A DNA stretch of 62,568 nt from Bordetella parapertussis (GTDB lineage Bacteria > Pseudomonadota > Gammaproteobacteria > Burkholderiales > SG8-39): assembly GCA_945897475.1 (NCBI GenBank), contig CAMDFL010000003.1, positions 1 to 62,568 of the forward strand, written 5' to 3'. Both the position numbers and the translations under genes were made by a program. The notes under the pieces are model-generated. The model saw only the letters and a list, made by a program, of their open reading frames with translations, did no database searches and was not told the DNA's origin. Below, piece by piece: positions 39,331 to 48,304 of this stretch; the stretch's first letter is position 1; each line of letters starts with the position of its first letter.

Positions 39331-39795
39331 CTAGGCCAGTTGCGCTTGAGCACGCTTGATGGCGCGCATGATGGACATATGTGTGCCGCAACGGCACTTG
39401 AGGCTCGATAGCCCCTCGCGCAGATCGGCGTCTGAGGCTTTCGGATTTTTCTTCAAAACCGCTGCGGCAGTCATCAACCAACCGTTGAGGCAGTAACCGC
39501 ACTGTGGCACCTGCTCCTGAACATAGGCGGTCTGCAGCGGATGCGGTTTTTCCGGCGTACCCAGGCCATAAATGGTGGTGACTTTTTTACCCTTCACCGC
39601 AGACACCGGCATCACGCAAGAGCGTATCGGCTCGCCATCAAGGTGAACGGTACAGGCGCCGCACTGGGCGAGTCCACAGCCAAAATGCGGGTTCTTCATT
39701 TTCAAATCATCGCGCAAGGCATACAACAAGGGCATGTTCGGATCGACATCAACGCTCACCGCATTGCCGTCCACAGAAAAACCAATTTGTGCCAT
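39331..39795 (-). CDS. (2Fe-2S)-binding small subunit (IorA-like)
   Basis: Uses the internal start MAQIGFSVDG, preceded by GAGGGGGA. GCGLAQCGACTV and QCGYC cluster motifs. Confidence 0.9.
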   Translation of the reverse strand: MAQIGFSVDGNAVSVDVDPNMPLLYALRDDLKMKNPHFGCGLAQCGACTVHLDGEPIRSCVMPVSAVKGKKVTTIYGLGTPEKPHPLQTAYVQEQVPQCGYCLNGWLMTAAAVLKKNPKASDADLREGLSSLKCRCGTHMSIMRAIKRAQAQLA

Positions 39796-40002
39796 GGAAT
39801 CCCCCTCAAGGTTGTAGGTACTCGCGAGACAGACCCGCGAGCCGGGCATGATGATACGACGGGTCGCATCGCTACGTACTCGCGCCTTTCGCTTTCTCTC
39901 CTTTCTCTTGAATCAGGTGATCGGATCGGCGGGTTTTTGCCATTCACCAGAATGGGGGTTCACGATGCCAGCCCCCTACTCACACAGGTTGCTGTCGCCG
40001 CT

Positions 40003-40038
40003 GGGGTGTCGTTGGGGTGCGGGTGTCGTTGGGGATGC
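40003..40038. repeat. 18-bp tandem repeat x2 (ggggtgtcgttggggtgc)
   Basis: Read directly in the intergenic region 39850-40090. Confidence 0.7.
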
Positions 40039-40090
40039 GCTTTGCCCCCGTCCGTGGCAACATGCCGTCTCTTCAAATCGGGAGCCTCAC

Positions 40091-41071
40091 ATGTTCGGCA
40101 ATTCCACCAAATCCAGTCTCTTAGGCGCAGCCGCATTGCTGGCGGCGACCACGCAAAACGCCGTGGCGCAGGCCTATCCGGTCAAACCCGTGCGACTGAT
40201 CGTTCCAGCCGCAGCGGGTGGGCCCACCGACATTCCGGGTCGCATCATCGGTGACGCGTTGGACAAATCCATGGGGCAACGATTTCTGGTGGAAAACCGT
40301 TCTGGCGCAGGTGGCATGATAGGCGCGGATGCGGTGGCGCGCTCCGAACCCAACGGCTACACCCTGCTATACGCGAACACCAGCGTGCTGGCGGTCAACC
40401 CGGCGCTCTACAAAAACATCTCCTACGATGCGACCAAGGCATTCACCTATGTCGGTTTCGTCTCCAGCTCCCCCCAGGTGCTGGTGACCAACCCAAAAAT
40501 GCCCTTCAAGACTTTTCCGGAAATGCTGACTTACGCGAAAGCGAACCCCAGCAAAATCAATTTCGCCAGCGGCGGCATTGGCACCTTGCCCCACCTCACG
40601 TTTGAATTGCTGCAGCTCGAAACCGGAACGAAATCCACACTCATCAACTACAACGGTGGCGGACCGGCACTGGTGGCGGTGGTGGCCGGTCAGTCGGACA
40701 TGTTATTCGACCTGTTGAGCGCACGAGTGCGAAGCGGCGACGTTCGCGCGATTGCGGTAACCGGGCCCAGCCGGCTGAAGGAAATTCCAGACGTTCCCAC
40801 CATGACGGAGCTTGGACTGCCTAATCTGACGACCACCTCTGGGACCGGAATCGTCGCGCCCGCCGGCGTGTCGCGGGACATTGTCATCGCCTTGAATACG
40901 CGCCTCAATCAGGCGCTTGCCGATCCCGTAATACAAGGCAAGATGCAGGGGCTGGGCCTGACGCCGCGCAGCGGCCCGCCTTCGGATTTCGAAGCCTGGG
41001 CCACCGATCAACGACAAAAATGGATACGCGTGGTCAAGGACGCCAACGTCACGCCAAGCCCCGTCAATTAG
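40091..41071 (+). CDS. Bug-family (TctC-like) substrate-binding protein
   Basis: Uses the internal start MFGNSTKSS of ORF 39848..41071 with GGAG upstream. AQAYPVKPVRLIVPAAAGGPTD motif. Confidence 0.9.
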   Translation: MFGNSTKSSLLGAAALLAATTQNAVAQAYPVKPVRLIVPAAAGGPTDIPGRIIGDALDKSMGQRFLVENRSGAGGMIGADAVARSEPNGYTLLYANTSVLAVNPALYKNISYDATKAFTYVGFVSSSPQVLVTNPKMPFKTFPEMLTYAKANPSKINFASGGIGTLPHLTFELLQLETGTKSTLINYNGGGPALVAVVAGQSDMLFDLLSARVRSGDVRAIAVTGPSRLKEIPDVPTMTELGLPNLTTTSGTGIVAPAGVSRDIVIALNTRLNQALADPVIQGKMQGLGLTPRSGPPSDFEAWATDQRQKWIRVVKDANVTPSPVN

Positions 41072-41128
41072 ATCGCTCTGACACTTACTAGATCGCTCTG
41101 ACACTTGCTAGATCGCTCTGACACCAAT
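41069..41128. repeat. 20-bp tandem repeat x3, each copy beginning with the TAG of the Bug gene stop
   Basis: tagatcgctctgacacttac / tagatcgctctgacacttgc / tagatcgctctgacaccaat. Confidence 0.9.
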
Positions 41129-41160
41129 TAGCGGCGTCTCTTTTTGACAAACATCGGCTG

Positions 41161-41216
41161 TGGCCGCATGCAAGTGGCCGCATGCAATTGACCGCATGCA
41201 ATTGACCGCAATAAAC
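41161..41216. repeat. 14-bp tandem repeat x~4 (tggccgcatgcaag)
   Basis: Copies at 41161-41174, 41175-41188 and 41189-41202, with a partial copy at 41203-41216. Confidence 0.85.
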
Positions 41217-41230
41217 TATTCAGGACAGAA

Positions 41231-42232
41231 ATGACAATTCGCGAATTCACCTCAACAGCGCTGACCCACAGATTTATTTTTCCGACATTAACCGCACTTG
41301 CAATCGGCCTCACCCCCCCCGCTTCGGCGCAGGAGTGGCCGGCAAAGCCAATCCGGGTTGTCATTCCCTTCGCGGCAGGCAGCGTCTCGGAAGCCATCTT
41401 TCGCGTCATGTCGCCAGCCATCGAAGGGCGCCTTGGCCAGCGCTTCGTGGTCGAGAGCAAGCCCGGCGCCGATGGGCATATCGGTGTGGGCGAAGTGATC
41501 CGCTCGGCCGCCGATGGCTACACCCTGCTGCTGGCGCCGACCGCGAATTTCGCCGTCACGCCCCATATGTTCAAAAACCTGGGCTTCGATCCGCTCACCG
41601 CGCTCGATCCAATATCGCTACTCGCCGATGCGCCGTTGCTCGCGGTGACTGGCACCAATGTCCCCTCGCGCAATCTCAAGGAATTGGTGGAATACGTTCG
41701 CGCCGCCCCCGGCAAATACAACTACGGCTCACCGGGTTCGGGCTCGCCCGCGCATCTAGCCGGCGCGGCTTTCTCGCAAATGACCGGAAACGCCATGGTG
41801 TACGTGCCCTACAAAGGCACGGTGCCAATGGTTACAGCGATGCTCGCCGGCGACGTGCAGGTGAGCTTCCCCACTCTCACGGGAATCATCGGTCAATTAA
41901 AAGCTGGGAAGCTTCGCGCCATCGCAGTCCTATCGCGCCAACGAATGTCCGAGGTGCCCGATGTACCAACCTCCGCAGAATCCGGTTTTCCGCAATTCAC
42001 CGGCAGCAATTGGTGGGTGCTGGCAGCGCCACGCGGCACTCAGGGTCGTATCATTGATCGCCTGTTCAGCGAATTTAAAACCTCGCTCGCAGAACCTGAT
42101 GTCAAGAAACGCGTCGCCGACCTCGGGCACGTCACCATTGGTTACTCTCCCGCGGAAACCACGGCATTCTTGAAGACCGAGTCGGCGCGATATAAAACTA
42201 TCGTTGAAATCGGCAAAATAAGCGCGGATTAA
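41231..42232 (+). CDS. Bug-family (TctC-like) substrate-binding protein
   Basis: Signal peptide followed by AQEWPAKPIRVVIPFAAGS motif. Confidence 0.9.
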   Translation: MTIREFTSTALTHRFIFPTLTALAIGLTPPASAQEWPAKPIRVVIPFAAGSVSEAIFRVMSPAIEGRLGQRFVVESKPGADGHIGVGEVIRSAADGYTLLLAPTANFAVTPHMFKNLGFDPLTALDPISLLADAPLLAVTGTNVPSRNLKELVEYVRAAPGKYNYGSPGSGSPAHLAGAAFSQMTGNAMVYVPYKGTVPMVTAMLAGDVQVSFPTLTGIIGQLKAGKLRAIAVLSRQRMSEVPDVPTSAESGFPQFTGSNWWVLAAPRGTQGRIIDRLFSEFKTSLAEPDVKKRVADLGHVTIGYSPAETTAFLKTESARYKTIVEIGKISAD

Positions 42233-42259
42233 TTCCACTTTCGAATTATTTTTTATTCA

Positions 42260-43252
42260 ATGACCAAGGCAGGATTCAACATGTCTTTTACAAAGTTATT
42301 AATTGTTTCCGCAATGTTGCTGATTGGGACAGCCCCGTCTGCCAACGCTCAAGAGTGGCCGGCCAAACCCATCCGCGTGGTAATCCCCAACACCCCCGGT
42401 GGCGTAGCGGAGGTCATCTTCCGCGCCATGTCCGCTGGCGTCGAGACCCGACTGGGGCAGCGGTTCTTCATCGACAACAAGCCGGGTGCCGACGGCGCGA
42501 TCGGTAGTGCCGACGTGGCGCGCGCAGCCCCGGACGGCTATACGCTTTTGCTCGCGCCCACAGCGAACCACGCCGTGCTGCAACACATGTATAAAAATCT
42601 CAGCTTTGATCCGATCACCTCCTTCGAGCACATTGGTCTCCTGGTCGAGGCGCCACTGATTCTCACGGTGAGTGCCAACCTTCCTTCGCGCAGCATGAAG
42701 GAATTCATTGAATTCATACGAGCCAACCCCGGCAAATACAATTACGGCTCACCTGGATCAGGTTCACCCGCGCACCTCACCATGGCGCAAATTTCGCAAT
42801 CCACCGGAGATTCCATGGTCTACGTGCCCTTCAAGGGCACCGCACCGCTGGCTTTATCGATGCTTGCAGGCGACGTGCATGCCTCCACATTTTCACTGGT
42901 TGCGGTACATGGCCATTTGAAGGCTGGTAAGTTGCGCGCACTCGCCGTTACCTCCAAACAGCGCATGGCCGATATTCCTGATGTGCCCACAACCGCGGAA
43001 TCAGGGTTTCCGCAATATTCGGGAACCAACTGGTGGGTCGTATCCGCGCCGCGTGGAACCAGCACGCGCATCGTCGATCGGCTGTGGTCGGAGTTTCGCA
43101 GTTCACTATCCGACACCGAGGTGCAAAAACGCATTCTTGCCACCGGGCACGTACCCATCCCCGCAGGCCCGGCCGACACCGTGTCATTCATCCGCGCGGA
43201 AGCTGCGCGATACAAGAAAATCGTTGACGACGGCAAGATCACGGCGCAATAA
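42260..43252 (+). CDS. Bug-family (TctC-like) substrate-binding protein, tandem paralogue of 41231..42232
   Basis: AQEWPAKPIRVVIPNTPGG motif. Roughly 60% identical by eye to its neighbour. An alternative start at 42281 has an AGGA upstream. Confidence 0.9.
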   Translation: MTKAGFNMSFTKLLIVSAMLLIGTAPSANAQEWPAKPIRVVIPNTPGGVAEVIFRAMSAGVETRLGQRFFIDNKPGADGAIGSADVARAAPDGYTLLLAPTANHAVLQHMYKNLSFDPITSFEHIGLLVEAPLILTVSANLPSRSMKEFIEFIRANPGKYNYGSPGSGSPAHLTMAQISQSTGDSMVYVPFKGTAPLALSMLAGDVHASTFSLVAVHGHLKAGKLRALAVTSKQRMADIPDVPTTAESGFPQYSGTNWWVVSAPRGTSTRIVDRLWSEFRSSLSDTEVQKRILATGHVPIPAGPADTVSFIRAEAARYKKIVDDGKITAQ

Positions 43253-43295
43253 AATATGCACCAGAAATTGCAGGTATCGCAAAGCCGTACGTGAC

Positions 43296-43412
43296 GCTTC
43301 GATTGGCCCGAGAACGGCTCGATTGGTCGGCGTGCGGCGCTTCGATTGGCCGCGCACGGCGCTTCGATTGGCCGCGCACGGCGCTTCGATTAGTCCGCGC
43401 GCGTAGCGCTTC
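43296..43412. repeat. 22-23-bp tandem repeat x~5 (gcttcgattggccgcgcacggc)
   Basis: Two perfect copies at 43339-43360 and 43361-43382, flanked by degenerate copies. Confidence 0.9.
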
Positions 43413-43487
43413 TACTGCTCAACACAACTACACTAGGCCGCTCATGCGGCAAACGCATTTAATATTCTCATCGAAAAACAGGCTCAT

Positions 43488-44600
43488 ATGACCCCATCCC
43501 TACTCATCCAGGAACGGCGCGACCGTCTCCACGAAACCATGGCAAAGGCCGATATTGATCTCCTGGCGATCGCAGGCGATGCTTGGCGCTGCGACTACCT
43601 GCGCTATGCCACCGGCGTGGCGCTGCTGGAGGGCAATGCAGTGGCTTTCATCGAGCGCGATGGCGGCGTGCATCTAATTGTCGAGTCTCCCGGCGAGGCA
43701 ACACGATTCGCCAACGAGCAGCCGGAGATGCGCATCAGTTGCGTGGCCTCGGCCACGGCCGAGGCTGAACGCATTATTTCCGAATCGCGCAAACGAAAAG
43801 TCGCGCTGGGGCCGCGCCCTGGATTGCCTTACCGCCTGGCAAAAGGCGAGGCCGGCGGCACGGTCGCTACAACGACGGCAATGCTGGATAAACTCATGCT
43901 GGTGAAGACACCCGCCGAACTCTCAGCTTTCCGTCGTGCTTCGCAATTGGCTGATGAGGGCTACAAGGTATTTCTCGATGGCATCAAGATCGGCATACCG
44001 GAATATCAGTTGGTTGCGGGTGTGGAAGCCTTCTATCGCGCCAATGGCTGCGCAGAAAATTTTCAAATACTGGGCTCGGGCGGCGTCGATATGCGCGGCA
44101 TGCATCCGCCGGGGGATAACAAGGTCAAGGCTGGCGATCTGGTGACCACTGAGCTTACGCCTTGCGTCGAGGGCTATTACGCGCAGATCTGCCGCACCGC
44201 GGTGGTGGGCGAACCGAGCAAGGATCACAAGCGCGTCCTGGGCATTTTCAGCGACGCGCTGGAAGCGGGCATCGCGGTGGTCAAGCCCGGCATTCGCGCC
44301 TGCGACATTGCGAAGGCAGAGAATGACGTTTTTCGTAAGCATGGTCTCGGCGAATACGTGACATCAGCCTACACCCGCGTGCGCGGCCACGGCCTTGGCC
44401 TCTACACGGATGCGCGTCCGGCGATACTGGAGGATGTAGAAATGGTGATCGAGGAAAACATGACCCTGGTTGTACACCCCAATACCTATAACCCCGATAT
44501 CGGCTATTTCGTGCTGGGCGATTCCATCATCGTGACCAGTACTGGCTGCGAGGTTCTGACCAAAACGCCGCGACAGCTTTTTTCCGTGACGGGCCACTGA
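43488..44600 (+). CDS. M24-fold (creatinase / Xaa-Pro peptidase-like) hydrolase
   Basis: Pita-bread fold signatures GYYAQICRT and RGHGLGL. Several canonical metal ligands appear substituted (alignment by eye). Confidence 0.75.
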   Translation: MTPSLLIQERRDRLHETMAKADIDLLAIAGDAWRCDYLRYATGVALLEGNAVAFIERDGGVHLIVESPGEATRFANEQPEMRISCVASATAEAERIISESRKRKVALGPRPGLPYRLAKGEAGGTVATTTAMLDKLMLVKTPAELSAFRRASQLADEGYKVFLDGIKIGIPEYQLVAGVEAFYRANGCAENFQILGSGGVDMRGMHPPGDNKVKAGDLVTTELTPCVEGYYAQICRTAVVGEPSKDHKRVLGIFSDALEAGIAVVKPGIRACDIAKAENDVFRKHGLGEYVTSAYTRVRGHGLGLYTDARPAILEDVEMVIEENMTLVVHPNTYNPDIGYFVLGDSIIVTSTGCEVLTKTPRQLFSVTGH

Positions 44601-44602
44601 TC

Positions 44603-45703
44603 ATGCGCAGAGGTCTGATTGCTTGGTCGAAAGAAGAAGTGCCGGATGCCGTGATGGAAGCGCGCGTCACCCTCACGCAAATGAAGATGCTTGATGAAAA
44701 CCTGGACGCAGTGATCGCCTATACCTCGTTCGCGCGCCCCAATGCGGTGAGCTGGTTGACGCACTTCGTACCGTATTGGAATGACGGTCTGGTGGTGGTG
44801 TTTCCCAGCGGCCTGCCCATGATGCTTGCGGCTTTTTCCAAGCGTGTAGAACCATGGATTCGCGAAGTCGCCCGGGTCGGTGACGTCATCATGACGCCCA
44901 ATCTGGGCAAAGGCGTAATCGAGATGCTGAAAGATCGGATACCGTCACTCGCGACCGGCAAAGCGCGCATCGGCCTGATTGAGCGCGACGAACTCCCCTG
45001 GCCCATTGCCGAAGCCTTCGACGAGGCCAGGTTCGGTCCGGCGCTGGTGGATTTTTCCGCGCAATTCGCGGCGCTTCGCCAGCCACCGGATGCGAGCGAA
45101 CTCGGGCTCGCGCAGAATGCATTGGCCATCGCGGACAAGGCATATGCGGGCATACCAGCGGGTGCTCGGCAGGCCTCGCAGATTTTATCGGCCATCGATT
45201 CGGTGGCGCGCCTGGATGGTGCCGAGGAAGTGCATCTGAAAATCGCACCCGATCTGGATTCGAGCGGTGTGCTGCAACGCCTGGAAGGTGACGTTCGACT
45301 CGGGTCGCGGCACGTCATCAGCGTATCGCTGGGTTATAAGAGCGTATGGGTGCGCACGGTGCGCTGCTTGTCGACCAAACCGCCGGCGTCATGGGCCGGC
45401 GCGCAAGCGTGGTTCGATCAAGCCGCGCTCGCTCTAGATGCCGCTACGCTGGCGAGCGGCCCCTCAGTCTTGGGCCTTAAGGGCAAACTGGGCGCTTGGA
45501 CAATCGAAGCCTGCATTGGCGGCGCGCCGCTCTCGCCCATCGCCTACGGATCGGCCGGCAAAAATTACAGCATCCGCCTGCTGCCGCCAGGGTCGCTGGC
45601 AATTCTCAGCGTGCAACTGGATCTAGACGATGGCCCCTGGCATGGCGCGGCCAATGTGGTGCTGGGCAAGGATGGCATCAAGACACATTTGCTCGGGCGG
45701 TAA
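44603..45703 (+). CDS. hypothetical protein, degenerate M24/creatinase-like fold
   Basis: Starts 3 nt after the upstream stop. Weak colinearity with M24 proteins (GYKSVWVRTVR in place of GY.sD.tRT). No metal-ligand set recognised. Confidence 0.45.
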   Translation: MRRGLIAWSKEEVPDAVMEARVTLTQMKMLDENLDAVIAYTSFARPNAVSWLTHFVPYWNDGLVVVFPSGLPMMLAAFSKRVEPWIREVARVGDVIMTPNLGKGVIEMLKDRIPSLATGKARIGLIERDELPWPIAEAFDEARFGPALVDFSAQFAALRQPPDASELGLAQNALAIADKAYAGIPAGARQASQILSAIDSVARLDGAEEVHLKIAPDLDSSGVLQRLEGDVRLGSRHVISVSLGYKSVWVRTVRCLSTKPPASWAGAQAWFDQAALALDAATLASGPSVLGLKGKLGAWTIEACIGGAPLSPIAYGSAGKNYSIRLLPPGSLAILSVQLDLDDGPWHGAANVVLGKDGIKTHLLGR

Positions 45704-45736
45704 TCAAAGCGCTCCCCGTAAGATAAAGGTTCACAG

Positions 45737-46531
45737 GTGAAAGCTTCGAAACTGTTCGACATCATCGGCCAGACGGCACTGGTGACCGGCGCGGCCAGTG
45801 GCCTGGGCCTCGCCTACGCCGAAGTGCTCGCTGCAAACGGCGCGCATGTCGCCATGTTGGATCTCGATGCTGCCGGTCTCGACGCCGCGGCGCAAGGACT
45901 GATTGCCACGGGCGGCAAAGTGACTGCGTTTGTTGTCGATGTTGGCGATACTAAGTCATTGCGCGCAGCGATCGATACGTTCGCCAGTACCCATGGCCGC
46001 CTCGACATCAGCTTTGCCAACGCCGGCGTCAGCAGCGGCCCGAGTTTTAACAATCCCATCGGCGAGATGGAAAATCTCCCCACCGACCTGTGGGAACGCG
46101 TGCTCAAGATCAACCTTACCAGTGTGTTTGAGACCATCCGAGCATCCGCGGCACACATGAAGCCCAAAAAGAGCGGGCGCATCGTCGTCACCGCTTCAAT
46201 CGCCGGATTGAAAGGCGACCGCATGGTGGGTTACGGATATGCCGCGACCAAGGCCGCGGTCATCAACCTGGTACGCCAAGCGGCGCTGGAACTGGCGCCA
46301 CACAACATCATGGTCAACGCCATTGCACCTGGCCCGTTTCTCACCAACATCGCCAACGGACGCCTGCACAACGATCCCGAAGTCGTCAAACAATTCGCCG
46401 CAAGTGTGCCGCTGGGACGCATCGCCCATACCGACGAGATCAAAGGATTGGCGCTATACCTCGCATCAAAGGCCTCAAGCTTTCATACCGGCACGGTGAT
46501 CCCCATCGATGGCGGCAGCACTGCGGCATAG
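45737..46531 (+). CDS. SDR-family oxidoreductase
   Basis: GTG start. VTGAASGLG and YAATKAA motifs. Confidence 0.88.
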   Translation: MKASKLFDIIGQTALVTGAASGLGLAYAEVLAANGAHVAMLDLDAAGLDAAAQGLIATGGKVTAFVVDVGDTKSLRAAIDTFASTHGRLDISFANAGVSSGPSFNNPIGEMENLPTDLWERVLKINLTSVFETIRASAAHMKPKKSGRIVVTASIAGLKGDRMVGYGYAATKAAVINLVRQAALELAPHNIMVNAIAPGPFLTNIANGRLHNDPEVVKQFAASVPLGRIAHTDEIKGLALYLASKASSFHTGTVIPIDGGSTAA

Positions 46532-46567
46532 CTTGTTTAGATTTTGAATTCAGTAAAAGGATAAATA

Positions 46568-47692
46568 GTGAAGTTCAGCTTCTTTCACCTCATGCCCTAC
46601 ACGGATTTAAAACGCGAAGCGCACGACTGGCCGTTTCCCAACAAGTATTTCGATCCACAGAAAGCCAACGAGCACTATCGCGCCTACGTGAACAGCATGA
46701 TAGAAGCCGAGAAATGCGGCTTCGACTGGATCGGCTGCAACGAGCACCACTTCAGCCCCTACGGGCTGATGGCCAACTGCAACATCATCGGCGGTGCACT
46801 GGCCTACTCAACCAGCAAAGCAAAAATCGCCATGATGGGTAACCTTGTACCGATCAACAATCCGATCCGCGTCGCCGAGGAGTACGCGATGCTCGATTGC
46901 ATGACCGGCGGGCGCCTCGTAGCCGGCCTGATGCGCGGCATCCCGCACGAATACATCGCCTACAACGTGCCCCCCTCGGAATCCTGGGGACGCCAGCGCG
47001 AAGCGATCGAACTCATCATCAAAGCCTGGACCGAACCCGAACCGTTTGGTTGGGAAGGCGAGTACTACCAGTTCCGCCAGATATCGATCTGGCCCAAGCC
47101 ACTGCAGAAACCTCACCCGCCGCTGGTGTTATCGGCCACCACGCCCGACTCCGCAAAATTCGCCGCCGAGATGCGCGCCACCATGGGCCTGGTGCTGTTG
47201 GCCGACCTGCCCAGCGCCAAGGAAGGCATACGCATCTACAAGGAGACGGCAAAAGCCTGCGGCTGGGAACCCACCGCGGAGAACATACTGATAGGCATGC
47301 ACACCTGCATCGCCGAAACCGATGAAGAAGCGCTGCGCTGGATGCGCTCGGGGCGTGATTACTTCGGCAAAGTGCTGATGGAAGGCATGAAAACCGCGCA
47401 GCAACTGGTGCTGCAGAAATCGCGTTATTACGAGAATGCCGAAAGCCGCGACCGCTGGAAGGCGCGCCTTCAAAAACAAAGCGAAGCCACCCTTGAGGAG
47501 GCCATCGATCGGGGCACCATCCTGTGCGGCAGTCCGGAGACTGTCGTCAAACAAATCAAACGCATACACGGCGAGCTCGGCCACGGCGTTTTCAACTTCA
47601 CCGTCAAGGTGGGGGACCTGCCAGATACCATAGTCAACAAGGGCATGCAGTTGTTCCGCGACCGTGTGTTGCCGCACGTGAAGGACCTGTAG
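46568..47692 (+). CDS. LLM-class (luciferase-like) flavin-dependent oxidoreductase
   Basis: MKFSFFHLMPY N-terminus and EHHFSPYG motif. Confidence 0.85.
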   Translation: MKFSFFHLMPYTDLKREAHDWPFPNKYFDPQKANEHYRAYVNSMIEAEKCGFDWIGCNEHHFSPYGLMANCNIIGGALAYSTSKAKIAMMGNLVPINNPIRVAEEYAMLDCMTGGRLVAGLMRGIPHEYIAYNVPPSESWGRQREAIELIIKAWTEPEPFGWEGEYYQFRQISIWPKPLQKPHPPLVLSATTPDSAKFAAEMRATMGLVLLADLPSAKEGIRIYKETAKACGWEPTAENILIGMHTCIAETDEEALRWMRSGRDYFGKVLMEGMKTAQQLVLQKSRYYENAESRDRWKARLQKQSEATLEEAIDRGTILCGSPETVVKQIKRIHGELGHGVFNFTVKVGDLPDTIVNKGMQLFRDRVLPHVKDL

Positions 47693-47735
47693 CGCCCCGT
47701 AAAACAGGGCCAGGACTCAGACTGGATTTAATTCA

Positions 47736-47775
47736 CCCCAGGCGATAGCATAATTTCATATGCTATCGCTTGGGG
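47736..47775. repeat. 17-bp-arm inverted repeat (ccccaggcgatagcata-N6-tatgctatcgcttgggg)
   Basis: Read directly, with one G:T position. The right arm overlaps the ATG (47760) of the PIN ORF. Confidence 0.8.
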
Positions 47776-48131
47776 TCACAACATGCCAATTGCGCGCTTC
47801 GCATGAAATTCACCTGCCGCTGATCGTGCTTGCCGAATTGCTGGCCGGGTTCGCGGCCGGATCGCGGGAACAAAGCAATCGCCACCAACTCGCGGAATTC
47901 ATGGCCTCGCCACGCGTGCTGGTGATGAAACCGGATGAAAAAACGGCCGAACAATACGCCGGCGTATTCAGCTATTTGCGCAACCGAGGAACTCCAATTC
48001 CCACCAACGACATGTGGATCGCCGCACTGGCTCGTCAACACCGCCTGCCCTTATTGAGCTTCGATGCGCATTTTGGTGGCGTGCAGGGACTGGAACTGGT
48101 CATCCCGTCCTGGAAGGCGGAAGAAGGTTAA
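47760..48131 (+). CDS. PIN-domain (VapC-like) protein, degenerate and without a cognate antitoxin
   Basis: C-terminal PIN pattern TNDMWIAALA....PLLSFDAHF. The N-terminal LD(T/S)N aspartate is not present (MLSLGVTT). Only 67 nt separate it from the upstream LLM gene. Confidence 0.55.
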   Translation: MLSLGVTTCQLRASHEIHLPLIVLAELLAGFAAGSREQSNRHQLAEFMASPRVLVMKPDEKTAEQYAGVFSYLRNRGTPIPTNDMWIAALARQHRLPLLSFDAHFGGVQGLELVIPSWKAEEG

Positions 48132-48304
48132 AGCCTGCGGCCAGTGGCCGGCTGCACCCCAAAGGTCGTTTGTGAGCTGCTTTAACTGTTCTTTGTTCAT
48201 AGGCCCTAACGGTATTCGGCTACTGGAACCGGTCCGCCCCAAGCGAATACGCTTGGCTTGGTGCTACCATCTTCGCCACAGAATTAATCGACCGAACCTC
48301 CAGC

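Noticed and set aside
48140-48200. Minus-strand peptide MNKEQLKQLTNDLWGAAG resembling the N-terminus of type I R-M HsdM
   Set aside because: Only about 15 residues are similar and the similarity ends immediately. The ORF overlaps the PIN gene 3' end. This is too short to call without a database search.
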